Notes: a model not told the origin generated them from the letters alone. A stretch of 64,000 nt of DNA from an uncultured Acidobacteriota bacterium (GCA_963748865.1 CAVVLE010000050.1:148360-212359); one strand, 5' to 3'. Counted from the first letter of the stretch, positions 54,243 to 63,609 are shown. Translations and numbers: made by a program.

Positions 54243-57200
54243 ATGCAATTCCGCCGCTCTCCCCGGCTGATGAGAACTGTGTGGATGGTCACAGTACTTA
54301 CCTCCGGAGTTTCGCTTCTGTTCGGCCTCGAATCTCGGTGCACCCCGTTGCGCGCCGGCGAACCCGCGCGCCACGACCGCATGTACAAGCATGCCCGGAT
54401 GTTGATCGCCTTGGCGAAGGTACGAAATGAAAAGGACGCCGTCGTCCTGGTGGCCTCGCGGCCAGGCCAGAACGCCGCAGCCGTGGCGGAGTTCACCAAG
54501 CTAGGCGGCGAAGTTCACTACCGCGCTGACGATGTGGACTACTTTCGCGGACGCCTGCCGGTGGATCAAATTCTGGCCTTTGCCGGCTCCCCGCTCGTCG
54601 AGAGTTTCGACCTCGACGTGAACATTGACCGCTTCGATCCGACCGTAGATTTTCCCGAGCCGCCCGAGCTGCCATCCTCAGGACCTTCAGATCCCGACAC
54701 GCCGCTCAGCCACCCGTATCTGCCAGAAAAAGACATGGATATCACAGATATGCAGGCCGCCCACCCCACCTACGACGGCCGCGGAGTGGGCATGGCCATC
54801 CTGGACGCTACGCCGGACATGCTCGTACCCGAGCTGCAATCGGCCACATCCCTCGATGGCCAGCCCATCCGCAAGATTTCCGAACTACTCTCCGTCACCG
54901 ACCCGCGCGACGACGTCGATCCCATGTGGGTGAAGATGGACCGCGTGGTGCAAGCCGCCGGTCAAAAGTTCGAAGTCGATGGAGTCATCTACGTGGCGCC
55001 CGCCGACGGTGAGTTTCGCTTCGGAATCTTCAACGAGCGCGATCTGAAGAATCCTGCCTACCTGCATAAGGACGTCAACTTCGACGGAAACCCCGAAGGC
55101 AGCAGTGGTTTATTTGCAGTGCTCTGGGACGAAAAGGCCAACACTGTTTGGGTTGACACTGATCAGGATCACAGTTTCCAGAACGAGCGCGCCTTGCAGG
55201 ATTACGCGCGCAAGGGCGACATCGGGATTTTCGGGAAAAATCAGCCGCCCGCCGCGCGGCGCCACACCGTGGGCTTCGCCGTACAAACCAACCCGGAGCT
55301 GCATTATGTGCGCCTCAACCTTGGTGTCTGGCAACATGTGACGGAGGTTTCGGGAGCGACGCTGGGAAAGGGTTTCTACGGCCACGCTTATAACGGCATC
55401 GCAAGCGAAGCCACTTTCGTAAGTTATTTCAGTAGCGACAATTCCATGTACCGCCGGGTGGAAGCGGTTATCGAGGCAGCCCGCAATCCCAAGGTTGACG
55501 TTATATGTCTTGAGCCGGCGGTGGTCGACGACGTGACCAGCCCGCTCCACGATGGCACGCTGGTCGCCGGAGTAATTTTCGACCGCGTCACCGAAAAATA
55601 CAAAAAGCCGCTACTCTCTCCCGCGAACAATACTTTTGGCATGACCACAGTTCTCGACGAAGTTTCGAGTCATGGAATCCTTGCCGTTGGCGCATACCAG
55701 GCAGGCGAGGCTTACAAGATCAACAATGGCGCCGATGTCGCCGAGCACGACAATCTCCACTTGGTCGGCTCGTTCGGACCCGCAGGTAATGGCGCTCTCA
55801 AGCCGGACATCATTAGCCCATCGGAGCTGATCAGCACGGATTGTGGCTACAAACCTCCGGAAAAAGTTAAGGGCGTTTACGAGCTGCCTCCGGGCTACTC
55901 CGTCGCTGGCGGGACGTCCACCGCAGGGCCTTCTGCCACAGCGGCGATGGCGCTGCTTGTGAGTGCCGCGAAGCAGGCGAAAATTAAATACGATGCCGAA
56001 CGTCTGCGCGTTGCCGTGATTTCCACTGCCAGATTCGTCCCCAGATTCCAGGCGTACGAGCAGGGTAACGGGCTTGTGCAAGTCAACGCGGCCTGGAAAA
56101 TGCTTCAGGAACTCGACAAAAAGTGGGACCCGGTAACCATTAAGAGCAGCGCGCCGGTGAAGACCGAAACGGCTGCTTATCTCGATCCGCCATTCGAAGG
56201 CCCTGGGATCTTCGAGAGAGAAGGCTGGACGGCCGGGCAGAGTGCGACACGAAACGTGACCTTCACGCGCACTTCCGGCGGCGCATCGCCCATGACCTTC
56301 GATGTGCAATGGGTGGGGAACAATGGCGCGTTTGAATCCGCTTCGATCATCTCCTTGCCCCTGAATAAGCCGGTCGAGTTCCCGATTAAGATCCAGACCA
56401 AAGACCCCGGTGTGTACAGCGCCATCCTGAATCTTCGTCGTGCCAGCTATCCGGGCATCGCCTATCAAATTCTGAATACGGTAGTCGCCGCGAGCGCCTT
56501 CAATCCCAAAAACAATTTCACAATTGAGGACAAATTCAGCGCCCCGCGCCCGGGAACGGAGAGCCGCTTTTACTATGTTCCCGCCGGAACGTCCGCGCTC
56601 CGCGTGCATCTCACGATTCCCAACGCCAAGCCAACCATCCGCGTTTCCGCGTTCGCCCCCGATCGAAATGCGGATCTGGCGTGGGATTACGTCGGAGTCA
56701 CGGATAAGGGCACGCTCGACAAGATAATTCTCAATCCCGTCCCAGGCGTCTGGGAAATCGAGCTGTGGGACAACAACTTCGTCTTCCAACCCGAGCAGAT
56801 CGATTCGAATCCGCTGGCGCCGGTGCCGGCCGATCTCACCGTTTCACTGCTCGGCTTCAGCGCTTCTCCCGATGCCGTGAATCACTCGGCCTCAGCCGAT
56901 GGCAAATCGCATGCGGACCAACTGAAGTTCTCTAATTCCTTTGCTCCGATCGATGCGAAATCGAGCTCTTTCCCTCTTGGCAGCGAGTTCCAAATCTCCA
57001 AAACCATTTCGCCGGGAGAAATGCAAATCACGGAGCTCGAGATTCCCGAAGGCACCGCGCGGCTCGAAGCCAGCATCGGCCACGCTTCCGATCCACATGC
57101 CGATCTGGATCTCTATCTTTATCTGGAGACGAAAGGCACGATGGTCCTGAGGGGCCGTTCGGATTCCACATCCTCAAATGAGGCCGTCGTTATCGATCAT

Positions 57201-57551
57201 CCTGCCGCTGGCAGGTGGAAAGTCGTCGTTGACGCGTTTCGGGCGCCCGGCGGTTCGGTCGAATACAAATACCGTGACGTATATTTCCACCCGGCGTTCG
57301 GCTCGGTCTCGATCGATGACAAAGATCAACTGCGAAATCGCAACGACAGTTGGGATGTTTCCGCCGACGTGCAAGTCCGAGCGATGCCTGTGGGCGAGCG
57401 CACTCTTACAGGAATTGCCCCGGTAGTCGCTGCCGCGAAATCTGGCGATCCTGTGCCATCCCGCCCGGAGACGCCGCTGGCAACCGGGTCTGCAGGTTCA
57501 GCTCCCGTCGAAGTGGTAATTGGGGAGTCTCGCGTGAAGCTTAAGGAATGA
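54243..57551 (+). CDS. secreted S8 subtilase with tripeptidyl-peptidase-II-like architecture and a C-terminal PPC-like domain
   Basis: The ATG at 54243 is preceded by AGGAGG 8 nt upstream, and the signal peptide is MVTVLTSGVSLLFGL. The catalytic Asp lies in HPTYDGRGVGMAILDAT (codon at 54804). The His lies in WQHVTEVSGA (55335), about 177 aa later. The oxyanion Asn lies in SPANNTFG and the Ser in AGGTSTAGPSATAAMALL (55917). Several blocks resemble human TPP2 from memory: P.YDGRGV..A.LD, V.WD....W.D...D, GTS...P and QG.G..QV. The C-terminal HADLDLYLY is PPC-like. Confidence 0.8.
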   Translation: MQFRRSPRLMRTVWMVTVLTSGVSLLFGLESRCTPLRAGEPARHDRMYKHARMLIALAKVRNEKDAVVLVASRPGQNAAAVAEFTKLGGEVHYRADDVDYFRGRLPVDQILAFAGSPLVESFDLDVNIDRFDPTVDFPEPPELPSSGPSDPDTPLSHPYLPEKDMDITDMQAAHPTYDGRGVGMAILDATPDMLVPELQSATSLDGQPIRKISELLSVTDPRDDVDPMWVKMDRVVQAAGQKFEVDGVIYVAPADGEFRFGIFNERDLKNPAYLHKDVNFDGNPEGSSGLFAVLWDEKANTVWVDTDQDHSFQNERALQDYARKGDIGIFGKNQPPAARRHTVGFAVQTNPELHYVRLNLGVWQHVTEVSGATLGKGFYGHAYNGIASEATFVSYFSSDNSMYRRVEAVIEAARNPKVDVICLEPAVVDDVTSPLHDGTLVAGVIFDRVTEKYKKPLLSPANNTFGMTTVLDEVSSHGILAVGAYQAGEAYKINNGADVAEHDNLHLVGSFGPAGNGALKPDIISPSELISTDCGYKPPEKVKGVYELPPGYSVAGGTSTAGPSATAAMALLVSAAKQAKIKYDAERLRVAVISTARFVPRFQAYEQGNGLVQVNAAWKMLQELDKKWDPVTIKSSAPVKTETAAYLDPPFEGPGIFEREGWTAGQSATRNVTFTRTSGGASPMTFDVQWVGNNGAFESASIISLPLNKPVEFPIKIQTKDPGVYSAILNLRRASYPGIAYQILNTVVAASAFNPKNNFTIEDKFSAPRPGTESRFYYVPAGTSALRVHLTIPNAKPTIRVSAFAPDRNADLAWDYVGVTDKGTLDKIILNPVPGVWEIELWDNNFVFQPEQIDSNPLAPVPADLTVSLLGFSASPDAVNHSASADGKSHADQLKFSNSFAPIDAKSSSFPLGSEFQISKTISPGEMQITELEIPEGTARLEASIGHASDPHADLDLYLYLETKGTMVLRGRSDSTSSNEAVVIDHPAAGRWKVVVDAFRAPGGSVEYKYRDVYFHPAFGSVSIDDKDQLRNRNDSWDVSADVQVRAMPVGERTLTGIAPVVAAAKSGDPVPSRPETPLATGSAGSAPVEVVIGESRVKLKE

Positions 57552-57669
57552 CGAACTGCACCGGTAGAAAGCAGGTCGCGCCGCTCGCCTAATACTGTGG
57601 GACCGGCGATTTTGAGGTCTTCTGAGCGAAGAGTTTTAGGAAGGAACCTAACCCGTCGAATGCAAAGGA

Positions 57670-57809
57670 ATGGCGGAGCAGCCAGTCACGACTGAATCCC
57701 TATCCACGAGAATGGTCGAATCCTTCAGGGGCCTGCGGTTATAGACTCCCTGATCAGTTCCCTGTAATTCACTGTTCGAATAGTCAGGCAAATTCCCCGT
57801 CGTGCTTAT
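57670..57809. repeat. dispersed mosaic repeat family 2, copy B
   Basis: It shares the two direct blocks with copy A (25221..25415). It lacks about 60 nt between them and carries the 63-nt module (57747..57809) in the opposite orientation. Confidence 0.8.
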
Positions 57810-58335
57810 CAAACAGGCCGACAAGTGGCGTTGTTGAATTTTCTTGGGAAAGCTTCGTCGCAGCGCGCAGTCTAAGCCCTTTTACGCGTCTTACACCACG
57901 CCGAGTGCCGACGCACTTTTTAGAAACAATTGAATCGCAGTCTCAAAATCATGTGATATTGGGTAGCGGAATTTGCAAATTTGCAGTGCGTGGTCAATCA
58001 CTTACAGCTCAGGCGTGGCATAGGTTATTGGGCAGGTTTTCGAACGTAAGCGAACTCCTCGCGATCGTGTGGGCCAATAGGCGGGGGCGTCCTGCAATGT
58101 ATCGAGCACCCGGATCATTCTCAACTCCCTGGGAACGGCACAGCTCATAAGAACGGCAGTGAGGTCGCCAACCATTCACACGTTACGCCGCATCGCACCG
58201 CACGAGTAACTCGGTCCGAAGGATCTGAATCGCGATGACGAATGGCGGGGGTCCCTATCGAGTCAGAGCGAAGCAAAATTGTCTCGACATACTGTATAGT
58301 TTGACAACGTATTAGCTAATGTTAGAAGGTCTTGA

Positions 58336-59688
58336 ATGAAGTATTCGATCCACGCTGGTTCGACGACCCAGCATCGGGACGAATTGGGCCCGCGAGGAGG
58401 GCTCCCGCCTCAGGGCCGATTAGAATCACCCAATGGCACCCGCCGATACCCTTTCACGCCAGCCGCGATCGTACTAGCCATCCTAGCTGCAGGAATCGTC
58501 TACATTTTTCTTAACCGCGGCCAATCGCAACACTCCGAGCGCCGGCAAACAGAGATCGTGACGGCGAGAACGGAAGACTTTGTCAAGAGTCTTCGGCTGA
58601 CTGGTCGAACCGAAGCAGTGCACTCGCGCGCCATGCTCGCTCCAACTCTCGAAGGAGCTCAACTCAGCTCGATGGTCGTCACAAAGTTGACGCCGGCGGG
58701 AACGCGAGTCAAAAAGGGCGATGTGCTAGTCGGATTCGACCGTCAGGCGCAACTGAAAGACGCTCTCGACAAGCGCGCCGCTTATCAGGATCTCGTCGAT
58801 CAGTTTGCTGAGAAACGTGCCGCCGAGGATGCCGCTCGCGCCAAAGACGAAACCGAGCTCCAAAAGGCTGAGGACGATCTGAAAAAGGCGCAGCTCGAAG
58901 TTTCCAAGAACGACCTCGTTTCGCGCATCGACGCTGAGAAGAACACCGAAACTCTTCAGGAGGCAGAAGCGACTCTGATGCAGCTCCAGCAAACGTTCAA
59001 ACTTAAGCGCGATGCCGCCGCCGCCGATATTCGCATCGTTGAAATTCAGGTTGAGAGCGCGAAAGAGACCATGCTTTACGCCGAAGGAAACGCGAGCAAA
59101 ATGACGCTCATTTCACCAATGGACGGCGTCACTGTTCTGAATATGGTCTGGACTGGCGGCAGGATGGGAGAAATTCAGGAAGGAGACGAAGTCCGCCCTG
59201 GCGTTCCTTTTATGAAAGTAGTTGACCCGTCGCAAATGCGCGTTTCGATTCAAGTCAACCAAGCTGATTTCCTCAGTTTGCGATTCGGGCAGCATGCTCG
59301 GGTTTTTCTCGACGCGTATCCAGGCCTTGCCTTTTCGGGCCGCCTCGACGAGCTCACTCCGCTGGCACATATTGCAGACTTCTCCGACAAAGTTCGCAGC
59401 TTTTCAGCAATGCTTGCGATTGAAGGAAGCAATCCGAAATTGATGCCTGATCTATCTGCGGCCGTGGATGTCGAGCTCGACATTCGTAAGGACGCCGTGG
59501 TCGTTCCCGCCGAAAGCGTTGCAGCTGAAGATGGACGCACCTACGTGTGGCTCCGCGACGGCGCAGGTTTCGTGAAGCACCCTGTAAAAGTGGGACCAAG
59601 TAACGATCTCGATGTTGTGATCGAGTCAGGACTGAAATCAGGGGACACGCTTCGGCGCAATGCGGCAGCGAGCGTCGGGAGTTCGTGA
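58336..59688 (+). CDS. HlyD-family periplasmic adaptor (membrane fusion protein) 1
   Basis: The ORF encodes 450 aa, with GAAGG 6 nt upstream of the ATG. The TM anchor is AAIVLAILAAGIVYIF. A lipoyl-like motif (GTRVKKGDVLVGFD), a long coiled coil and a beta-barrel region (ISPMDGVTV...) are present. Confidence 0.8.
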   Translation: MKYSIHAGSTTQHRDELGPRGGLPPQGRLESPNGTRRYPFTPAAIVLAILAAGIVYIFLNRGQSQHSERRQTEIVTARTEDFVKSLRLTGRTEAVHSRAMLAPTLEGAQLSSMVVTKLTPAGTRVKKGDVLVGFDRQAQLKDALDKRAAYQDLVDQFAEKRAAEDAARAKDETELQKAEDDLKKAQLEVSKNDLVSRIDAEKNTETLQEAEATLMQLQQTFKLKRDAAAADIRIVEIQVESAKETMLYAEGNASKMTLISPMDGVTVLNMVWTGGRMGEIQEGDEVRPGVPFMKVVDPSQMRVSIQVNQADFLSLRFGQHARVFLDAYPGLAFSGRLDELTPLAHIADFSDKVRSFSAMLAIEGSNPKLMPDLSAAVDVELDIRKDAVVVPAESVAAEDGRTYVWLRDGAGFVKHPVKVGPSNDLDVVIESGLKSGDTLRRNAAASVGSS

Positions 59689-60950
59689 GCTACATGCCAC
59701 ATATCCAGCACCTCTGGCGCGGCAAAAAACGCGCGAGCGCAGTCGTGGGCGTGCTGCTGGGTGCATTACTCATCTTTGGAGCATTCCGGCTGGCCAATCC
59801 CGCTCCGCGGATCCCAACGGCGCTCGTTCAGCGCGGCGAATTCGTCGAGCATCTCGAGCTTCGAGGTGAAGTCAAGGCCGCCATTTCGGTCACTATTACG
59901 GCGCCCTACGAGGCCGGCGATCTGCAAATTCTCAAAGTCACCCCGACCGGCGCACAGGTCAAAAAAGGCGATGTCATCGTGGAGTTCGATACCACCAATC
60001 CCAAGCAAAAACTCGCGCAGGATCAATCGGAACTTAAATCTGCTAATGGTGAGGTCGAGCAGGCCCGCGCTCAATCCCGCCTGAAAGAAGAGCAAGACCT
60101 AACCGACGTAATGAAGGCCCGCTTCGATGTCGAGTCCGCAAAACTCGATGCCAGTAAGCAGGAGATCCTCTCGAAAATTGACGGCGAAGAAGCACTGCTC
60201 AAATTGGCGGATGCAGAGCAAAGACTAAAAGAAGCCGAAGCTAAGCTAAGAGCCGACAAGACCTCAGACGTCGCGGATGTCGCGGGTAAGCTCCAAAAAC
60301 ACGACGAGGCAGAGTTCAGCGTTCGGCAGACGCAACGCGCACTTTCCGTTCTGGAATTGAAGGCGCCGACTGACGGGGTCGTGACGGTGCTTAATAATTG
60401 GCGGGCGTCAGGATTCTTCGGAGGTGGCGCACCGTTCAAGCAGGGAGACCGCGCCTGGCCCGGGGCCGCCATCGCGGAATTGCCGGATTTGTCCACTTTG
60501 CGGGTTACGGCGCGGGTTGACGAAACCGAGCGCGGACAAATTCAAGTCCGGCAGCCACTTACGATACGAATCGACGCCATACCCGACCGCGAATTCAGCG
60601 GCAGCATCGCAACGATCACCACGACTGCAAGCGTAGATTTCACCGCCGGCTGGCCGTTTCCGCGAGACTTCGCCGTGCAAATCGCGATTGATAATCCGGA
60701 CTCCAGATTGCGCCCAGGCATGCAGGCCAATCTGCGCATCGCCACGAATCGTGTGCCCGATGGCATCATCATCCCCTCGCAAGCTTTGTTTCATGACAGT
60801 GGGAGGACTGTCGCATACGTTCTGAACGACCGACAATTCTCTGAGCAGATTATCGAGGTGGCCCGTCGAAGCGGCGATCAACTCCTCGTCGCCAAAGGTC
60901 TCAAGCCCGGGGAACGTGTAGCGCTCCAAGATCCAACTCTGGCCCGATAG
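59685..60950 (+). CDS. HlyD-family periplasmic adaptor 2
   Basis: The ORF encodes 421 aa. The GTG at 59685 overlaps the upstream stop, and an alternative ATG lies at 59694. The TM anchor is VVGVLLGALLIFGAF. It has the lipoyl-like motif GAQVKKGDVIVEFD, a coiled coil and the motif LKAPTDGVVTV. Confidence 0.8.
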   Translation: MSYMPHIQHLWRGKKRASAVVGVLLGALLIFGAFRLANPAPRIPTALVQRGEFVEHLELRGEVKAAISVTITAPYEAGDLQILKVTPTGAQVKKGDVIVEFDTTNPKQKLAQDQSELKSANGEVEQARAQSRLKEEQDLTDVMKARFDVESAKLDASKQEILSKIDGEEALLKLADAEQRLKEAEAKLRADKTSDVADVAGKLQKHDEAEFSVRQTQRALSVLELKAPTDGVVTVLNNWRASGFFGGGAPFKQGDRAWPGAAIAELPDLSTLRVTARVDETERGQIQVRQPLTIRIDAIPDREFSGSIATITTTASVDFTAGWPFPRDFAVQIAIDNPDSRLRPGMQANLRIATNRVPDGIIIPSQALFHDSGRTVAYVLNDRQFSEQIIEVARRSGDQLLVAKGLKPGERVALQDPTLAR

Positions 60951-60953
60951 GGA

Positions 60954-62270
60954 ATGCTGATGACGGCTGGCTTTCGCTCCATCACGATGATCGTCCTTTC
61001 ATTCGCTGTGGCAGCCAGTCTCGTCTCTTGTTCGGGACACGCCGGTGCCCGCGCCGCTGATCGAAACATCCCCCTCGCCAGCGTAAAGCAAAGCAACCTT
61101 CAGCTCGAAGTCAATACGACGGGAGAATTACGAGCAACGCGGACGGCCACGGCGCTGGCGCCGTCCGTCGCGGGCGATACGCTTCAGATCATTCGTCTAG
61201 CGAAATCAGGCACGCTCGCAAGAGCTGGAGACAATATCGTGGCGTTCGATCCCAGTGAGCAGGAATTCAAGCTCGCGCAAAGCCGCTCCAATTCCGAGCA
61301 AGCCGAACAGGAAATCGTGAAGGCTAAGGCCAATGCCGTGGTCCAAGTCGCTCAGGATCAAACGGCGCTATTGAAGGCAAAATTCGCCATTCGCCAAGCG
61401 GAGCTGGATGTGAGCAAGAATGAAATCGTCAGCGCCATCGACGGTAAGAAAAACCTGCTCACACTCCAAGAGGCCAAGCGCGCCCTAGCCCAGCTAGAAC
61501 AGGATATTCAATCGCATGGGTACTCGAATGAAGCCAGCATCGGGGTGGCTGAAGAAAAGCGGAACAAGGCGCGGCTGGAAATGGCGCAAGCAAAGAAAAA
61601 CATCGAAAACATGCAGGTGCGCTCTTCCATCGATGGCATCGTCATAGTTCGCGCAAACCAGGATTCCAACGGAGGATTTTTCCTCGGCGGAATGACGCTG
61701 CCGCCGTATCAGGAAGGCGATCAAGTCAATCCCGGCCGGGTGGTGGCAGAGGTCATTGACGTCGGCCAGATGGAAGTGAGCGCGAAAGTGAAAGAAAGCG
61801 ATCGCGCTTCGGTAAAAAATGGCCAGCCGGTCGAGGTGCGCGTTGATGCGCTTCCCGGAGAATTATTTTGTGCCAAGGTGAAAGCGGTGGCGGGGATGGT
61901 CTCGAACATGTGGTTCGACGACCCCGCTCACAATTTCGACGTATCGGCCGAGCTGGATCATCCCGATGACCGTTTAAGGCCAGGCTTTACCGTGCACATC
62001 GTTATATTCGGCGACCATCTCGATCACGCCCTGTCGATTCCCAGGCAAGCCATATTCGATCTGGAGAGCAAGCCCAAGGTTTACGTGAAAACGGCCTCCG
62101 GCTTCGAGCCGCGCGAAATCAAGATTCGCTATCTGACGGAAGGGATCGCGGTGATTGAGGGGCTGAAGGAGGGAACCCAGCTCGCTCTCGTTAATCCGGA
62201 GGAGAAAACAAGCGGGCCGTCGCAGCCGCGCGGTGCCTCGGGCCCGCCCATCGGAACTGCGACGTGGTGA
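60954..62270 (+). CDS. HlyD-family periplasmic adaptor 3 (lipoprotein-type signal)
   Basis: The ORF encodes 438 aa. The signal peptide with lipobox is MIVLSFAVAASLVSCSG. It has the lipoyl-like motif GTLARAGDNIVAFD, a coiled coil and the motif VRSSIDGIVIV. Confidence 0.8.
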   Translation: MLMTAGFRSITMIVLSFAVAASLVSCSGHAGARAADRNIPLASVKQSNLQLEVNTTGELRATRTATALAPSVAGDTLQIIRLAKSGTLARAGDNIVAFDPSEQEFKLAQSRSNSEQAEQEIVKAKANAVVQVAQDQTALLKAKFAIRQAELDVSKNEIVSAIDGKKNLLTLQEAKRALAQLEQDIQSHGYSNEASIGVAEEKRNKARLEMAQAKKNIENMQVRSSIDGIVIVRANQDSNGGFFLGGMTLPPYQEGDQVNPGRVVAEVIDVGQMEVSAKVKESDRASVKNGQPVEVRVDALPGELFCAKVKAVAGMVSNMWFDDPAHNFDVSAELDHPDDRLRPGFTVHIVIFGDHLDHALSIPRQAIFDLESKPKVYVKTASGFEPREIKIRYLTEGIAVIEGLKEGTQLALVNPEEKTSGPSQPRGASGPPIGTATW

Positions 62271-63568
62271 ACTCCAGCACGAACCAGATCGCCGGGATTC
62301 GTCCTACCTACGCAAGGAACTTGCGCCAATACCTACCCGATCTTCGCCTTGGTCTCGAGAATCTTCTTGTCCACAAGTTGCGCTCGCTGCTCACCATGCT
62401 AGGCATGATTTTCGGAGTGGCTGCCGTCGTTTCGATGCTATCAATCGGAGCGGGCGCTCAGCAGAAAGTGATGGCGTTCATCGAACAGATGGGCGTGCGC
62501 AACTTGATTGTCGAGGCCAAAGAAGCGACGAGCGACTCGGGTCTCCAGAAAATTCGTCGCACTTCTCCAGGCCTGACCTTCGACGATTACCGCGTGATCC
62601 GCAAAGATGTTGCCGGCGTTGTGGATGCCAGTCCGCGCAAGCGACTCGTTCCCACTAAATTGATTCCAAAAGCACAGCAGGATTCGCCCGTAGTTTACGG
62701 CGTGGCTCCGAGCTATCAACAGATCGCCGGGCTTCGCACTGTTGACGGCCGCTTCTTCGACACGAGGGAAAGCGATGCCGCGGCTCCAGTTTGCGTACTC
62801 GGCGCGGCGGCCAAACTCAGCCTGTTCGGCTCGGAGGATGCGATCGGCCAATACTTGAAAATCAACGAGCAATGGTTCCACGTGATTGGTGTCGTCGCCC
62901 CGCAATTATCCGCGCAGACCGAAATCACCGGCCTGCCGAACCAGGACTCCAACAATTTGATCTACGCTCCGGTGAACTCGGTGATCGGGCGCCTGCAAGA
63001 TTCCGAAAGCTATCTCAAGGACGAAATTGACGGCGTCTATCTTCGGCTCGGTTCAGCGGATGATTCTCCGAAAGTCGCGGAAGTCGTGCGCGGAGTCTTA
63101 AACGCTTCGCATCACAACTCCGGGGATTTCAGCTTGATTGTTCCGGCGGAGCTTCTCGCCGAGCAGCGCCGCACCGAGCGCCTGTTCAGCACGGTGATGG
63201 TCGCGATCGCCTCGATTTCCTTGCTGGTCGGCGGGATCGGAATCATGAACATCATGCTCGCCAGCATTTTGGAGCGCACGCGGGAAATCGGCGTGCGTCG
63301 CGCGGTGGGCGCGCGGCAATTCGATATCGTGCGTCAATTCGTGGTCGAAGCCGTCCTCATTTCCTTTGCCGGTGGACTGCTGGGGATTTTCTTCGGTTTC
63401 GGAATGTCGCGACTGATCGCGTGGCTCGCTGGTTGGTCCACGATTGTGACCGCCAATTCGATATTGCTGGCCTTTCTCGTTTCGATTTCCGTGGGCCTGG
63501 TCTTTGGAATTTATCCGGCAGTCAAAGCCGCGCGTCTCGACCCGGTCGAAGCAATTCGATACGAATAA
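62264..63568 (+). CDS. MacB/DevC-type ABC transporter permease (MacB_PCD + FtsX) without a fused or adjacent ATPase
   Basis: The ORF encodes 434 aa. TM1 reads RSLLTMLGMIFGVAAVVSMLSIG. A periplasmic domain of about 230 aa follows. The FtsX module reads GGIGIMNIMLASILERTREIGVRRAVGARQFDIVRQF...PAVKAARLDPVEAIRYE. It overlaps the upstream stop by 7 nt. Confidence 0.85.
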   Translation: MVNSSTNQIAGIRPTYARNLRQYLPDLRLGLENLLVHKLRSLLTMLGMIFGVAAVVSMLSIGAGAQQKVMAFIEQMGVRNLIVEAKEATSDSGLQKIRRTSPGLTFDDYRVIRKDVAGVVDASPRKRLVPTKLIPKAQQDSPVVYGVAPSYQQIAGLRTVDGRFFDTRESDAAAPVCVLGAAAKLSLFGSEDAIGQYLKINEQWFHVIGVVAPQLSAQTEITGLPNQDSNNLIYAPVNSVIGRLQDSESYLKDEIDGVYLRLGSADDSPKVAEVVRGVLNASHHNSGDFSLIVPAELLAEQRRTERLFSTVMVAIASISLLVGGIGIMNIMLASILERTREIGVRRAVGARQFDIVRQFVVEAVLISFAGGLLGIFFGFGMSRLIAWLAGWSTIVTANSILLAFLVSISVGLVFGIYPAVKAARLDPVEAIRYE

Positions 63569-63609
63569 AAGTTCGCGCAGCGGCCAGGCGTCACTCCAGA
63601 GGAGGGAAA

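Noticed and set aside
57905-58150. An 81-aa ORF in the spacer upstream of the HlyD operon.
   Set aside because: There is no RBS and no recognisable motif. Its composition differs from neighbouring genes, and the perfect 12-bp palindrome lies inside it. It is more likely non-coding regulatory DNA.
58279-58329. Sigma-70-like hexamers lie just upstream of the first HlyD gene: TTGACA at 58301-58306, TATAGT at 58294-58299 and TAGAAG at 58323-58328.
   Set aside because: The spacings are wrong (10 nt). Alternatively, they would place the transcription start on top of the start codon, despite a clear GAAGG ribosome-binding site. I did not report this as a promoter.
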